In this document: positions 51,690 through 62,240 of the stretch, one piece after another | Position numbering within the stretch: position 1 is the stretch's first letter | Layout of the letters: every line of letters begins with the position of its first letter | Origin: Malacoraja senta | Lineage: Eukaryota | DNA length: 64,000 nt | NCBI GenBank assembly: GCA_038087875.1 | Contig: CM075977.1 | Span: 172,856,001-172,920,000 of the forward strand | Direction of reading: 5' to 3' | Made by a program: the position numbers and the translations under genes | The notes under the pieces: model-generated | Databases searched by the model: none | Told to the model about the DNA's origin: nothing | The model's input: only the letters and a program-made list of their open reading frames with translations

Positions 51690-51882
51690 GGACTTCCGGT
51701 TGCGACATGCTCTGCTAGCAGTCGCAAACTTTTTAGCTCCGCTGAAAAAATCGCGTTTTTTCGCGTTAAAATCGGGTCTGGAGGTCGGGACCGTTTTTAA
51801 AAACTTACCGGAGCTTCATGTCGCGGTGCTGATGACGTCATCAGTAAGCGCCGCGATTTTAACGGAGGGAAAGTCATTTTAA
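51690..51882 (+). promoter_or_regulatory. L1 5'UTR / putative internal Pol II promoter
   Basis: CpG-dense 193 bp. ETS-type ACTTCCGG at the very 5' end, TGCGAC/GTCGCA inverted repeat, and a perfect 16-bp palindrome CTGATGACGTCATCAG (51829-51844) containing a CRE (TGACGTCA). Confidence 0.6.
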
Positions 51883-52878
51883 ATGAAAAGTACATCTCCA
51901 GGTCAGAGCCCACAGAGGAAAATCTCAAAACATCTGCTGAAGACTCTGGAACAGCAAGAAACTTCAGAACTGACCTCTGGAGAGGTCTCTGGAATGGCTA
52001 CTCGATCTGCAAAAGAGAAAACCGAAATGGAGGACTTAAGAAACTCGGTAAGAGATATCAAAAATGATATGGAAGCTGGGAACAGTAAATTGATAGCCGG
52101 TAATGATAAAATACTTGAGGGTATTGAGGCTCTCCAAAAAAGAATTGAAGGTGTGGAAAAAGGACTATCGATAAAAATTGAAAAGGTGGCAGAAGAGACC
52201 ACAAAGATGTTTGAGGCTGTGCACGAAACTGTGGCTGCAAATGCATCTGCAGTGAATGATTTGGAAGCTGCTGTGGAAGTGATGGCTGGAGAGATGCAGA
52301 CTATGAAGTCAGAAATAGATAGTCTCAAGAACCAAGTCACAAAGGTTTCGAATAAATGTGTTGACCTAGAAGCTCGCTCAAGACGTCAAAATATAAGAAT
52401 ACGTGGTGTAAAAGAGGGAGCTGAGGGGGACAATGTTTGTGAGTTCGCTGCCAACCTAATTAAACACGTACTGAAGCTACCAGAAGTACCTGTAATTGAA
52501 GTAGCACATCGACTCCCCAGATTTAAATCAAGATCTCAAGGAGAACGTGCCTACCCACGACAGATCATAATTAAACTTCGGGATATCTCAACAATGGAAG
52601 CGCTGATGAAAAAAATCAACCACGGAGAGAAGATGATGTACAGAGGTGATACTATTAAACTCCTACGGGACTACCCTTATGAGATTGAGCAAAAGAGAAG
52701 AAAGTTCTCACAGACCAGAGAAGTTCTTTATGGTGTTAAGGGAGTTTTGTGTGGAGTGTTTTATCCGGCTAGAATGCGTATCACCTTTGAGGGAGTGTCA
52801 AAAACATTCACTAATTCGGATGAATCTCTCAAATACGCTCAAGAAATCGCGACTAAGGCTGCATCAACTGGAGACTGA
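51883..52878 (+). CDS. L1 ORF1p (coiled coil + RRM + CTD RNA-binding protein), 331 aa
   Basis: Heptad-rich N-terminal half, then the typical L1 ORF1p motifs DLEARSRRQNIRIRGVKEGAE, IEVAHR, PRQIIIKL and FYPARMRI; first ORF of the element. Confidence 0.93.
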   Translation: MKSTSPGQSPQRKISKHLLKTLEQQETSELTSGEVSGMATRSAKEKTEMEDLRNSVRDIKNDMEAGNSKLIAGNDKILEGIEALQKRIEGVEKGLSIKIEKVAEETTKMFEAVHETVAANASAVNDLEAAVEVMAGEMQTMKSEIDSLKNQVTKVSNKCVDLEARSRRQNIRIRGVKEGAEGDNVCEFAANLIKHVLKLPEVPVIEVAHRLPRFKSRSQGERAYPRQIIIKLRDISTMEALMKKINHGEKMMYRGDTIKLLRDYPYEIEQKRRKFSQTREVLYGVKGVLCGVFYPARMRITFEGVSKTFTNSDESLKYAQEIATKAASTGD

Positions 52879-53114
52879 AAACCAAGACGACATGAACAAA
52901 CGAACTTGCTTATTCTTCCAACAAGAGTATCACAAGGAAAGTGAATTAACTGAACACTGATTTTTTATTTTTTATTTGACTTCAAGCAACAGATTCTTAG
53001 TGAGACGTGGCTAGACATTATTATCTTCGCTGGAACATTGTGCTATGTAATTCAAGGACACTACGTGCTCAAACGAGGAAAACCTGATAACGGGACGAAC
53101 TGCTGGGCTGAGAG

Positions 53115-53725
53115 TGAAAAACATCACATGGCTTATATTGTTTATAAAAAACTGAAAAAACTGAGAACTAATAATAATTAACAATTAACAATACTAATAT
53201 AGAAATAGCAATTGAAATAGATAAAAAATGTGCAGTCTGCTCTGTTTAGCAGATAACAGCAAGTGCTATGCAGCTCGAGAGTGGAGGGAGGGGGAGACCG
53301 GGTACCTGGCATAACTCCAGGAGCCAGACTCCCGTTAACCCTTCCAGCGAACAGCTCATTTTTAACAATATTAAAATCAATTTAAAATAGTTAAGAGATA
53401 ATATACACTCGAGGTTGATATGAAAAATATATACGGCTTATATAGTTTTACAAAATGCTGAGAATTAATCATAATTAATAATTAACAATACTAATATAGA
53501 AATAATATTTGAAACTGATAAAACTGTGGTGCCTGCGTCATAACGCAGACAGCAGTTATCACCTATGTTCGCAGCTCGTGGAGAGGAGAGGAGATCAGGC
53601 ACCTGGCACAATTCCAGGAACCTGACTCCGGTTAATCCACTCAGTAAACCGCTCACTTTAACAATACTAAATTCATTTTAAAATAGTTAAGAGATAAAGA
53701 GTGAGTAGGATATGGAATCGAATAC
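53115..53725 (+). repeat. Diverged tandem duplication (~305-bp unit x2) in the L1 inter-ORF spacer
   Basis: Shared blocks in both copies: GGCTTATA (53130/53435), CTGAGAA..AATTAACAATACTAATATAGAAATA, ACCTGGCA..TCCAGGA, and TTTAAAATAGTTAAGAGATA (ends 53400/53696). Confidence 0.9.
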
Positions 53726-54094
53726 ATTTGACATATATATAAATTGTAACTGGGTGAAATAGAACTGAATTGGAAACGGTAATGACCCCATAGATTTTGG
53801 GTAATAAATACAGCGGGGCTAACTTTATACCAACTACGCCGGAAGCGTTATGGATGTCGTACCCCACAGACGAGTGGGCCACTCACTACGGTGTTGAAAT
53901 TTTAGACACCGTAAATTTATTTGATTTATATATATTTTTTTTAATCACAATATGTCACATCTGTGTGTTTTTTCTTCAAGGACAATCGCGCAGGAGAACT
54001 ACCAAGGAAGTCTATAATAGAAATACTCCCAAAATAACCAGAGTCCGGAGGTATGAACGCACCACAATAATTAAGGTCATTAAAATTGGTAAAA

Positions 54095-57000
54095 ATGCAT
54101 GACGACAATCAAAAGAAAATAGGAGGAATCACATTATGTAGTTGGAATATAAGGGGGATTAATGAACCTATTAAAAGGGGCAAGATACTAGCTCAGTTGA
54201 AATCATACAACACGGACATAGCGTTTCTACAGGAAACACATCTTAAACAGCAAGATCAGACAAGACTGAGGGCGAACTGGATAGGCCAAACATTTCACTC
54301 TTCATTTACCTCCAAATCTAGAGGTACTGCAATTATTATTCGTAAAGGAATTCCATTTAAATCAAAGAACACTATTTTAGATAAGGAAGGGAGATATCTT
54401 ATAGTAGCAGGGGAGATCAATAATATGCCAATTACGCTGGTAAACATATATGCGCCCAATTTTGATAACCCTCAATTTTTTAATAAAATTCTGAATATAA
54501 TTGCAGAATCTAATTATCAAAATGTTATAATCGGAGGAGATTTTAATTGTGTTTTAGATCCTTATTTAGATAAATCGATGCAAAAACAAAAAGGTCAGAC
54601 GAAATCTAAAACCAGTGAACTCTTACACACATATATGGAAAATACAAATATGACAGATGTATGGAGGATTGCAAACCCGACGGGAAGGGATTACTCGTTT
54701 TATTCAATGGTGCATAAAACATATTCACGGATAGACTATTTTCTAGTGGATACAAAATTAATTTCGCAATCTCTGAATCCTAAATATCATATTAATGCGA
54801 TCTCAGATCATTCTCCGTTAACTTTTGTTCTAAAACTAGAAGGAATGTCTATGAATAAACCGTTCTGGAGGTTTAACTCACAAATTTTAAAAGACCCTCA
54901 AGGGAGTATCTATCTAAAAAAACAGATGGATCTATTTTTTGAGTTAAATGATACACCAGAGATATCCCCCACGTTATTATGGGAATCCTTCAAAGCATTT
55001 ATAAGAGGAGTCATTATTTCATTTCAAGCTTATCAAAATAAAAAGAATAAGAATGAACAAAGACACTTAGAAGATCAAATAAAACAGTTAGATATAGATA
55101 ATGCTAAAGACCCAACTATGGATAAACATAATAAAATACTACTACTGAAATTTCAGTTAAATAAATTACTGTCAGAGAAAGTTATAACATTATTTCAAAT
55201 CACAAAACAAGAACACTTCGAATTCGGGGACAAACCCCACAAACTTCTAGCACGACAACTTAAAAAACGGGAAAAAGAGAATGCAATATTAAAGATTAAA
55301 TCAGATAGAGGGGAAGTATTAACACTACCCAAGGATATTAATAAAAGATTTGCTCAATTTTACCAGAATCTATACACATCTAAAACGTCAATAGACAATA
55401 ATAAAATCTCAGAATTTTTAGATAATTGTAATCTACCACAATTAGAACGCAGGGAACAAGAGGAACTGGGAGCACAAATTACTTCTAAGGAGATAGAAGA
55501 CACAATAAAAACACTAAAAAATGGAAAAACACCAGGACCAGACGGATTCAGTAATGAATTTTATAAATCTTTTTATGATATAGTTACTCCACGATTACAA
55601 AAAATGTATACATATGCTTATAAAGAGCAAAACCTACCTGAAACACTAGCGGAATCAACGATCATATTAATACTTAAAAAAGATAAAAATATAGAAGAAC
55701 CAGGATCATATAGAGCTATTGCTTTGTTAAATACGGATCAGAAAATAATAGCAAAAACATTAGCCAATAGATTAAGCAAGTATGTTAGTAGACTAATACA
55801 TGAGGATCAAACAGGATTTATACCTAAGAGACACTCATTTAATAATTTGAGACGTTTGCTTAACATAATGCATTCACATAAATCTTATGACCAAGAGTTA
55901 GCTATCATCTCACTGGACGCAGAAAAAGCGTTTGATCAAGTAGAATGGGACTATATGATCAAAGTATTGCAAAAATTCCAATTGGGAGAAAACTTTATTG
56001 CATGGATAAAACTACTATATAACAAACCTACGGCTAGAATACTAACTAATAATATATTATCTTCAAAATTCGAATTATCTAGGGGCAACAGACAAGGATG
56101 TTCACTATCACCGCTGTTATTTGCTTTGGTAATTGAACCCCTTGCTGAAAAAATAAGAACACACTCGAATATTCACGGTTATAACACAAAATATTCAAAC
56201 AACAAACTATCCCTATATGCTGATGATGTACTACTGTACATCACAAAACCACAAATTAGTATACCAAATATATTAAACTTAATTGAGGACTTTGGATCCT
56301 TTTCAGGATATAGAATAAATTGGAACAAAAGTGAAATTATGTCGATTAAACCAAAAGACTCAACACATCTCAGGAAATTCCCTTTTAAAATAGCTATGGA
56401 AAAATTCAAATATTTAGGAATTGAGATTACTAGAAATTACCATGATATGTTTAAAGCTAATTATAATCCCCTACTTAAGAAATTAAATAATCTGATTAAA
56501 TTTTGGAAAACACTTCCGATGTCCTTAATAGGTAGGATAAATGCTATAAAAATGATTTTCTTACCACAAATCCTTTACCTATTTCAATCAATACCTATAT
56601 ATCTCCCAAAAAAGTTTTTCAAAAAACTGGACTCAGACATTACAAATTTTATATGGGATTACAAATCCCACAGAATACAAAGAACACACCTTAACAAACG
56701 AAAAGAGTTGGGGGGTCTAGCGCTCCCTAACTTTATGTATTATAACTGGGCAGTAAATATTAAAAATATGATTCACCTGCTGGACAATTCTGCCCAGCAG
56801 GTGGACTGGATTATAATGGAAAAAGGGGATTGCTCCCCGAATAATATAGGAGCGATTATTCTCTCTCCAATAAATTTGAATAATAAAAATTATAATAAAA
56901 ATCCAATTATATATAGCACTATTAGAACATGGAAGCAAATAAAACAGAATCTAAAATTAAGAAACCTATCTCTCTTAATACCAATAGTCAATAACCCATC

Positions 57001-57886
57001 GTTTAAACCTTCAATCATAGATAAAGCATTTATACAATGGGAAAGAATGGGAATTAAAACGCTCGAAGATCTGTATGAATTAGAAAAATTACTATCATTC
57101 CAACAACTACAACTGAAATATAATTTGAAAAATAATCAATATTTTAAATATATACAAATCTGTGACTATTTGAAAACACACACAAAAGATTATTATAATA
57201 TGCCTTCCGACTTACTAGATGAAGCAATGAAGACAAAGGCGGAATCAGTTAATTTGATATCATACTTATATAATATCATCTTAAATATAGAAATACCCAC
57301 AACAGATGGAATTAGAAGAGATTGGGAACAAGATCTAGGTATAAAAATTTCAAAAGAGAGTTGGGATAATCATTTATTACAGGTGCATAAATGCTCGATC
57401 AACGTACGACATACGCTTATCCAATTTAAAACATTACATAGATTATATTATTCAAAAACCAAACTAAATAAAATCTTTCCTAACGTCTCACCAATCTGTG
57501 ATAAATGTATATGTCAAGAAGCTACCATAGCACATTCTTTTGTTTTTTGTACAAAAATCCAAAAATTCTGGTTTGAAATATTTGATATTTTTTCAAAATT
57601 AATCAAAATAAAACTGGTACCAAAACCAGAATGGATTATTTTTGGAATATCGGAAGGTATTCCTGAATTAAACGTGTATCAGAAGAATTTACTCAATTAT
57701 GGGCTAATAATGGGAAAAAAACTTATACTTAAATTCTGGAAAAATGCGCCCACACCAACAATAAAAATGTGGACATCAAATATGTTGGAAACATTACATC
57801 TGGAAGAGATGAGATTCCTCCTAGTAGGCAAAGTAGATCAATTTCAAAAGACGTGGTCTACGTTTTTGGACCTATTACAAGCATGA
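54095..57886 (+). CDS. L1 ORF2p (APE endonuclease, reverse transcriptase, CCHC), ~1263 aa from the first ATG
   Basis: EN motifs SWNIRG, LQETH, GGDFN, SRIDY, SDH. RT motifs GKTPGPDG, LDAEKAFD, RQGCSLSPLLF, LYADD, KYLG. C-terminal CDKC-x8-H-x4-C. No stops or frameshifts. The ORF track starts at TTG 54086; the first ATG is 54095. Confidence 0.97.
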   Translation: MHDDNQKKIGGITLCSWNIRGINEPIKRGKILAQLKSYNTDIAFLQETHLKQQDQTRLRANWIGQTFHSSFTSKSRGTAIIIRKGIPFKSKNTILDKEGRYLIVAGEINNMPITLVNIYAPNFDNPQFFNKILNIIAESNYQNVIIGGDFNCVLDPYLDKSMQKQKGQTKSKTSELLHTYMENTNMTDVWRIANPTGRDYSFYSMVHKTYSRIDYFLVDTKLISQSLNPKYHINAISDHSPLTFVLKLEGMSMNKPFWRFNSQILKDPQGSIYLKKQMDLFFELNDTPEISPTLLWESFKAFIRGVIISFQAYQNKKNKNEQRHLEDQIKQLDIDNAKDPTMDKHNKILLLKFQLNKLLSEKVITLFQITKQEHFEFGDKPHKLLARQLKKREKENAILKIKSDRGEVLTLPKDINKRFAQFYQNLYTSKTSIDNNKISEFLDNCNLPQLERREQEELGAQITSKEIEDTIKTLKNGKTPGPDGFSNEFYKSFYDIVTPRLQKMYTYAYKEQNLPETLAESTIILILKKDKNIEEPGSYRAIALLNTDQKIIAKTLANRLSKYVSRLIHEDQTGFIPKRHSFNNLRRLLNIMHSHKSYDQELAIISLDAEKAFDQVEWDYMIKVLQKFQLGENFIAWIKLLYNKPTARILTNNILSSKFELSRGNRQGCSLSPLLFALVIEPLAEKIRTHSNIHGYNTKYSNNKLSLYADDVLLYITKPQISIPNILNLIEDFGSFSGYRINWNKSEIMSIKPKDSTHLRKFPFKIAMEKFKYLGIEITRNYHDMFKANYNPLLKKLNNLIKFWKTLPMSLIGRINAIKMIFLPQILYLFQSIPIYLPKKFFKKLDSDITNFIWDYKSHRIQRTHLNKRKELGGLALPNFMYYNWAVNIKNMIHLLDNSAQQVDWIIMEKGDCSPNNIGAIILSPINLNNKNYNKNPIIYSTIRTWKQIKQNLKLRNLSLLIPIVNNPSFKPSIIDKAFIQWERMGIKTLEDLYELEKLLSFQQLQLKYNLKNNQYFKYIQICDYLKTHTKDYYNMPSDLLDEAMKTKAESVNLISYLYNIILNIEIPTTDGIRRDWEQDLGIKISKESWDNHLLQVHKCSINVRHTLIQFKTLHRLYYSKTKLNKIFPNVSPICDKCICQEATIAHSFVFCTKIQKFWFEIFDIFSKLIKIKLVPKPEWIIFGISEGIPELNVYQKNLLNYGLIMGKKLILKFWKNAPTPTIKMWTSNMLETLHLEEMRFLLVGKVDQFQKTWSTFLDLLQA

Positions 57887-60800
57887 GGTGCAATAGTAAT
57901 TTAGAAAAACAAATAAATAAATAAAAGGTATCTGGACCTGGTAATGGGAGGTAAAATAAAAACAGACTTGGTTGGTAGTTCCTTCTCTATGAAGTATGGT
58001 ATAAGAGTTATAATAGAGCGATTGTTCCTTCTTTCTTTCTCTTTTTTTTTCTAGGGTCTATTTTCTAACTTTACTTCCTTCTCTAACCTCTTTTCTAAGG
58101 GGCTTTCTTTTCCCAACACTCTTTTGCACTTCACAACCTTTGCGCACTTTCTTCACTTTTCTTACTTCTTTCTTTTTCTTTCTTAAAGTTTAAAAAAGTG
58201 AAGCGGTACAAAAAATGTATTAATATATACGTGTTGTACATTACTGTAATCTACCGTACTTCTAAAAAATAAAAAATAAAAAAAATAAAAAAAAAAAGAG
58301 ATTAGTATGCAAACTTAAAGCACATGGTATTGGGGGTTCAGTATTGATGTGGATAGAGAACTGGCTGGCAGACAGGAAGCAAAGAGTAGGATTAAACGGG
58401 TCCTTTTCACAATGGCAAGCAGTGACTAGTGGGGTACTGCAAGGCTCGGTGCTGGGACCCCAGCTATTTACAATATATATTAATGATTTGGACGAGGGTA
58501 TTGAATGCAACATCTTTGCGGATGACAGAAGCTGGGGGGCAGTGTTAGCTGTGAGGAGGATGCTAGGAGACTGCAAGGTGACTTGGATAGGTTGGGTGAG
58601 TGGGCAAATGCATGGCAGATGCAGTATAATGTGGATAAATGTGAGGTTATCCACTTTGGTGGCAAAAACAGGAAAGTAGACTATTATCTGAATGGTGGCC
58701 GATTAGGAAAAGGGGAGATGCAACGAGACCTGGTGTCATGGTACACCAGTCATTGAAAATAGGCATGCAGGTGCAGCAGGCAGTGAAGAAAGCGAATGGT
58801 ATGTTAGCATTCATAGCAAATGAATTTGAGTATAGGAGCAGGGAGGTTCTACTGCAGTTGTACAGGGTCTTGGTGAGACCACACCTGGAGTATTGCGTAC
58901 AGTTTTGGTCTCCTAATCTGAGGAAAGACATTCTTGCCATAGAGTACGTACAGAAAAGGTTCACCAGACTGATTCCTGGGATGTCAGGACTTTCATATGA
59001 AGAAAGACTGGATAAATTTGGCTTGTACTCACTAGAATTTAGAAGATTGAGGGGGGATCTTATAGAAACTTACAAAATTCTTAAGGGGTTGAACAGGCTA
59101 GATGCAGGAAGATTGTTCCCGATGTTGGGGAAGTCCAGAACAAGGGGTCACAGTTTAAGGATAAGGGGGAAGTCTTTTAGGACCGAGATGAGAAAAACAT
59201 TTTTCACACAAAGAGTGGTGAATCTCTGGAATTCTCTGCCACAGAAGGTAGTTGAGGCCAGTTCATTGGCTATATTTAAGAGGGAGTTAGATGTGGCCCT
59301 TGTGGCTAAGGGGATCATGGGGTATGGAGAGAAGGCAGGTACGGGATACTGAGTTGGATGATCAGCCATGATCATATTGAATGGCGGTGCAGGCTCGAAG
59401 GGCTGAATGGCCTACTCCTGCACCTATTTTCTATGTTTCTATGTTTCGATGTTAAGATACTGGTCCTATTAGGAAAAACATAGAGGAATATTTGCATTAC
59501 AATTTACTGATATACATCGCATATTACAATGAGTGTAGGCTATTAGAGTGGTCAAATAAAAGACACCCTGCATAACGTTAGAGAATAGTGGGTGAAGAAC
59601 TAATCATTTATGTCCCACTTAAGGTACTATAGAAATGATAAAGCAGCACAAGCAATGTCAATTGTGCTATCACATAAAGGCTTCTCTAGGCTCAAACTGG
59701 AAGCCACATAAACCTCTGTTACTTCCATTTAAAATTGACTCACATATGTTGTTCACAAGCCTCTCATACAATCGTGCAGAGCTAGCTGCCCGAGAAGACA
59801 GGCTGTCCCAGCCGTCACTCGTGACTGAGTAAATAAGAGTTGCTTCAGCCGCCTACCATGGCGTGATTGAATAGGCAAATTGGTACTGTTAAATTTCATG
59901 TTGCCTCATTTGTAATATCGCAAAAGATATCTACCGACAACCCATGTTTTATCAGCTACAATTTTGCATATTACCTAAAACTCGATGACATAATGCCCTT
60001 TAATCTGAGGGCAGCATAGGCTTTCACCACTAGCTTTGTTATCAAAACAGCAGAATCTGTGCCTATGTGTATAGATATGACAGAGTATGCAACTACAAGA
60101 TCGATTCTCTGTCAGTTAATTTGCAGAAACCCAATCATCCATCTTAAACTGGGTAAGTAAACCCATAACCCGATTAGCCTACTGCTAACCCGATTCGGCC
60201 TGCACCATATTTCTGTAATCTTGAGAAGTATCAGAAATATACCCCTCTAGTCCTTGGCCAGACCACTCATCCTCGGATGAGCTTTCACTGATTGCACTCA
60301 GAACCGCTGTTCCTCTATTGATCCTACGGACGGAAACATTTTTGGCTTTCCTACCCGCAGAAGATGCATTATCTAGTTATTCATACATATCGCTGATAAT
60401 ATATAATCAGCAGCTAATGACTAGAGCTGAAACCACAGTCTCCCTTAAATGTGGGAATACGAGTTCCCTGTCAACTCTTGACTAAGAGTCACCATGAATA
60501 CTCAGCGTTTTCCTTCAGAGTGGAGATTAGTATAATGCAAGGCTGAATCAGGAATTACCTCGCAGTCCTTTGACTGAAACCACATGTCTAAGTCGCTAGA
60601 GTTCACAACACAATCTCTTCGACCCGCCACTCAATCAGGAATCCTGGTATTGAGAGCCTATGGATTATTATAAATACATTGTTGATTCACAACATGAACC
60701 TGCAGGTCAGATAAAGTTATATATATGCCGGACGAGCTTCCTGCTGGTAACTACCTGTCCCAGAGAGGATGGCAATGATTCCAATGAACCAGTTACTCTA

Positions 60801-61026
60801 CTAACTGAGGAGAAATAAACCATATGTTGAGAAAATTCAATTACTTTATTCCATTGAGCAGTCTGATAATCTCAATCACAGATGATGAAGCAGTGCTTCC
60901 CTGGTCACTATGACTCCTATGGCCAGCCAGTTCCATGATGGTCTACCCTGATCCAGGGTAACCAAACTGTTCCTACCTGGAACCTACAGAGGTTACTATG
61001 CAAGGCACCTCGCCAATGTCTCTACA

Positions 61027-62240
61027 TCAACCTGATCTATCCCAGAGACAGTGAAAATGACTAGACAGCCCATGCTGGCAGTAAACCCAACCTGGGCCGA
61101 CAGACTGCTCCATTTCAGAGTTTACGGAGGTCAATAACGAGACCTTACTTACCAGCGTCTCTAACCCCGGGTTGATTTTCTTTGTTGGAGCTTCAGCGAA
61201 GTTCCATTTGCAGACCCTGTCTATCATGCTTGTCATTTCTGTTAGAAAGCTGATGCCGCTGGCCAACTCCTCTTGTAGTGCCTTGTCCGTCCCCGAGGGA
61301 ACAGCAATTTTAGAGGCAAGAGCACGCAGCTCTTCCTTATGCGATTGTCGCACATCATGCATTAAAGCATGGGATCCCGGCACATAGTCATGTCCGGGGT
61401 CATGTTTGAAGTCAGTCCATACTGATCTCTGACACTCTCTGAGAGTGGGAGAAAAATTGCACCCTGAACCAGGCGTTGCCATATGCCTCGGACTGTCTGT
61501 GCATGCTTCCATAACACCGAGCATATTTTGCGACACCATCTCCGATAGTCTTTCGGGTGGGAGGAATATACCAACCCTGAAACCAGGGGCAGCTACAGGC
61601 ATATGACTTGAACTGCCTGTGCATGCTTCTCTAATACGGAGCATAATATATATGGCTCCATCTCCATCACTTCATACATCCGAGTGGGAGGATTTATGCA
61701 ACCCTGAACCAGGAACTGCCTCCGGCATGTGTGCATATATAGTTTGGCACCATCTCCATCACTCCGTTCATCCGAGCGGGAGGAATATTGCAACCCTGAA
61801 CCAGGAGCTGCTTCAGGCATATGTGCATATATTTTGGCACCATCTCCACTACTCCTTTCATCCGAGTGGGAGGAAAATTGCAACCCTGAACCAGGAGCTG
61901 CTGCCTGACATGCCTTCGTAACACAGAGCATTTCTTGTGCTACCATCTGATTCATCGGATGTTCTAATTGAGACAAATGCCCAATCACATCTGCCATAGA
62001 TGTCCCAAGACTTGGCTATGACATTGCCCCGACTTGGGGTTGTCAGGCTGCTCCCTTCAGCAGCCGAACTGGGACTAGCTGTGCAGATCGGTGCTCTGTT
62101 GGTATCATCATTTACCAAACAGATTGCACCTGCTAGTGACTCCGAGACCTTGCTCCCTTCTGGAGCCAACGGAGTATTACAGGGAAGGACTGGAGCGCCT
62201 CTGGCCCCCATACGCCAGACAGAGTGGGAGAAATACTGCA
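61027..62240 (-). pseudogene. Probable decayed DIRS gag-like ORF1 region with internal repeats
   Basis: Overlapping minus-strand ORF pieces (61027-61644, 61593-61997, 61858-62241) in the 5' part of the DIRS where gag is expected. Assignment is mostly positional; no firm motif. Confidence 0.45.
61400..61925. repeat. Tandem repeat, ~90-126-bp units, inside DIRS
   Basis: GCA(A)CCCTGAACCAGG core recurs at ~61459, 61573, 61699, 61790 and 61880, with a partial copy at ~62238. Confidence 0.9.

Larger units (their letters stand above)
51690..58295 (+). mobile_element. Full-length LINE-1 (L1 clade) retrotransposon, apparently intact
   Basis: Perfect 15-bp TSD AAGAGATTAGTATGC at 51675-51689 and 58296-58310. 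Starts GGACTTCCGGT, followed by a CpG-rich 5'UTR, ORF1, a ~1.2-kb spacer, uninterrupted ORF2, a pyrimidine-rich 3'UTR and an A-rich tail (58264-58295). It interrupts a CR1 reading frame that resumes exactly after the TSD. Confidence 0.97.
50428..59453 (+). mobile_element. 5'-truncated CR1 LINE (HER1-like), split by the L1 insertion (CR1 parts ~50428-51689 and 58311-59453)
   Basis: Open frame with end of EN (ILDWVL..GKSDH) and RT motifs (KSPGPD, DWRVANVTPLFKKG, YRPISLTS, QHGF, YLDFQKAFDKVPH). Continues after the L1 ([53 protein letters not shown]) with frameshifts. 3'UTR ends in (TTTCTATG)n. Confidence 0.95.

Noticed and set aside
50388-51800. 470-aa ORF as a standalone or novel fusion gene
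   Set aside because: It is truncated CR1 ORF2 with a non-ATG start in flanking DIRS sequence, reading through 37 codons into the L1 5'UTR; an insertion by-product.
59460-61000. DIRS RT/RNaseH catalytic motifs
   Set aside because: Expected here by position, but I could not read convincing motifs by eye; not annotated as CDS.
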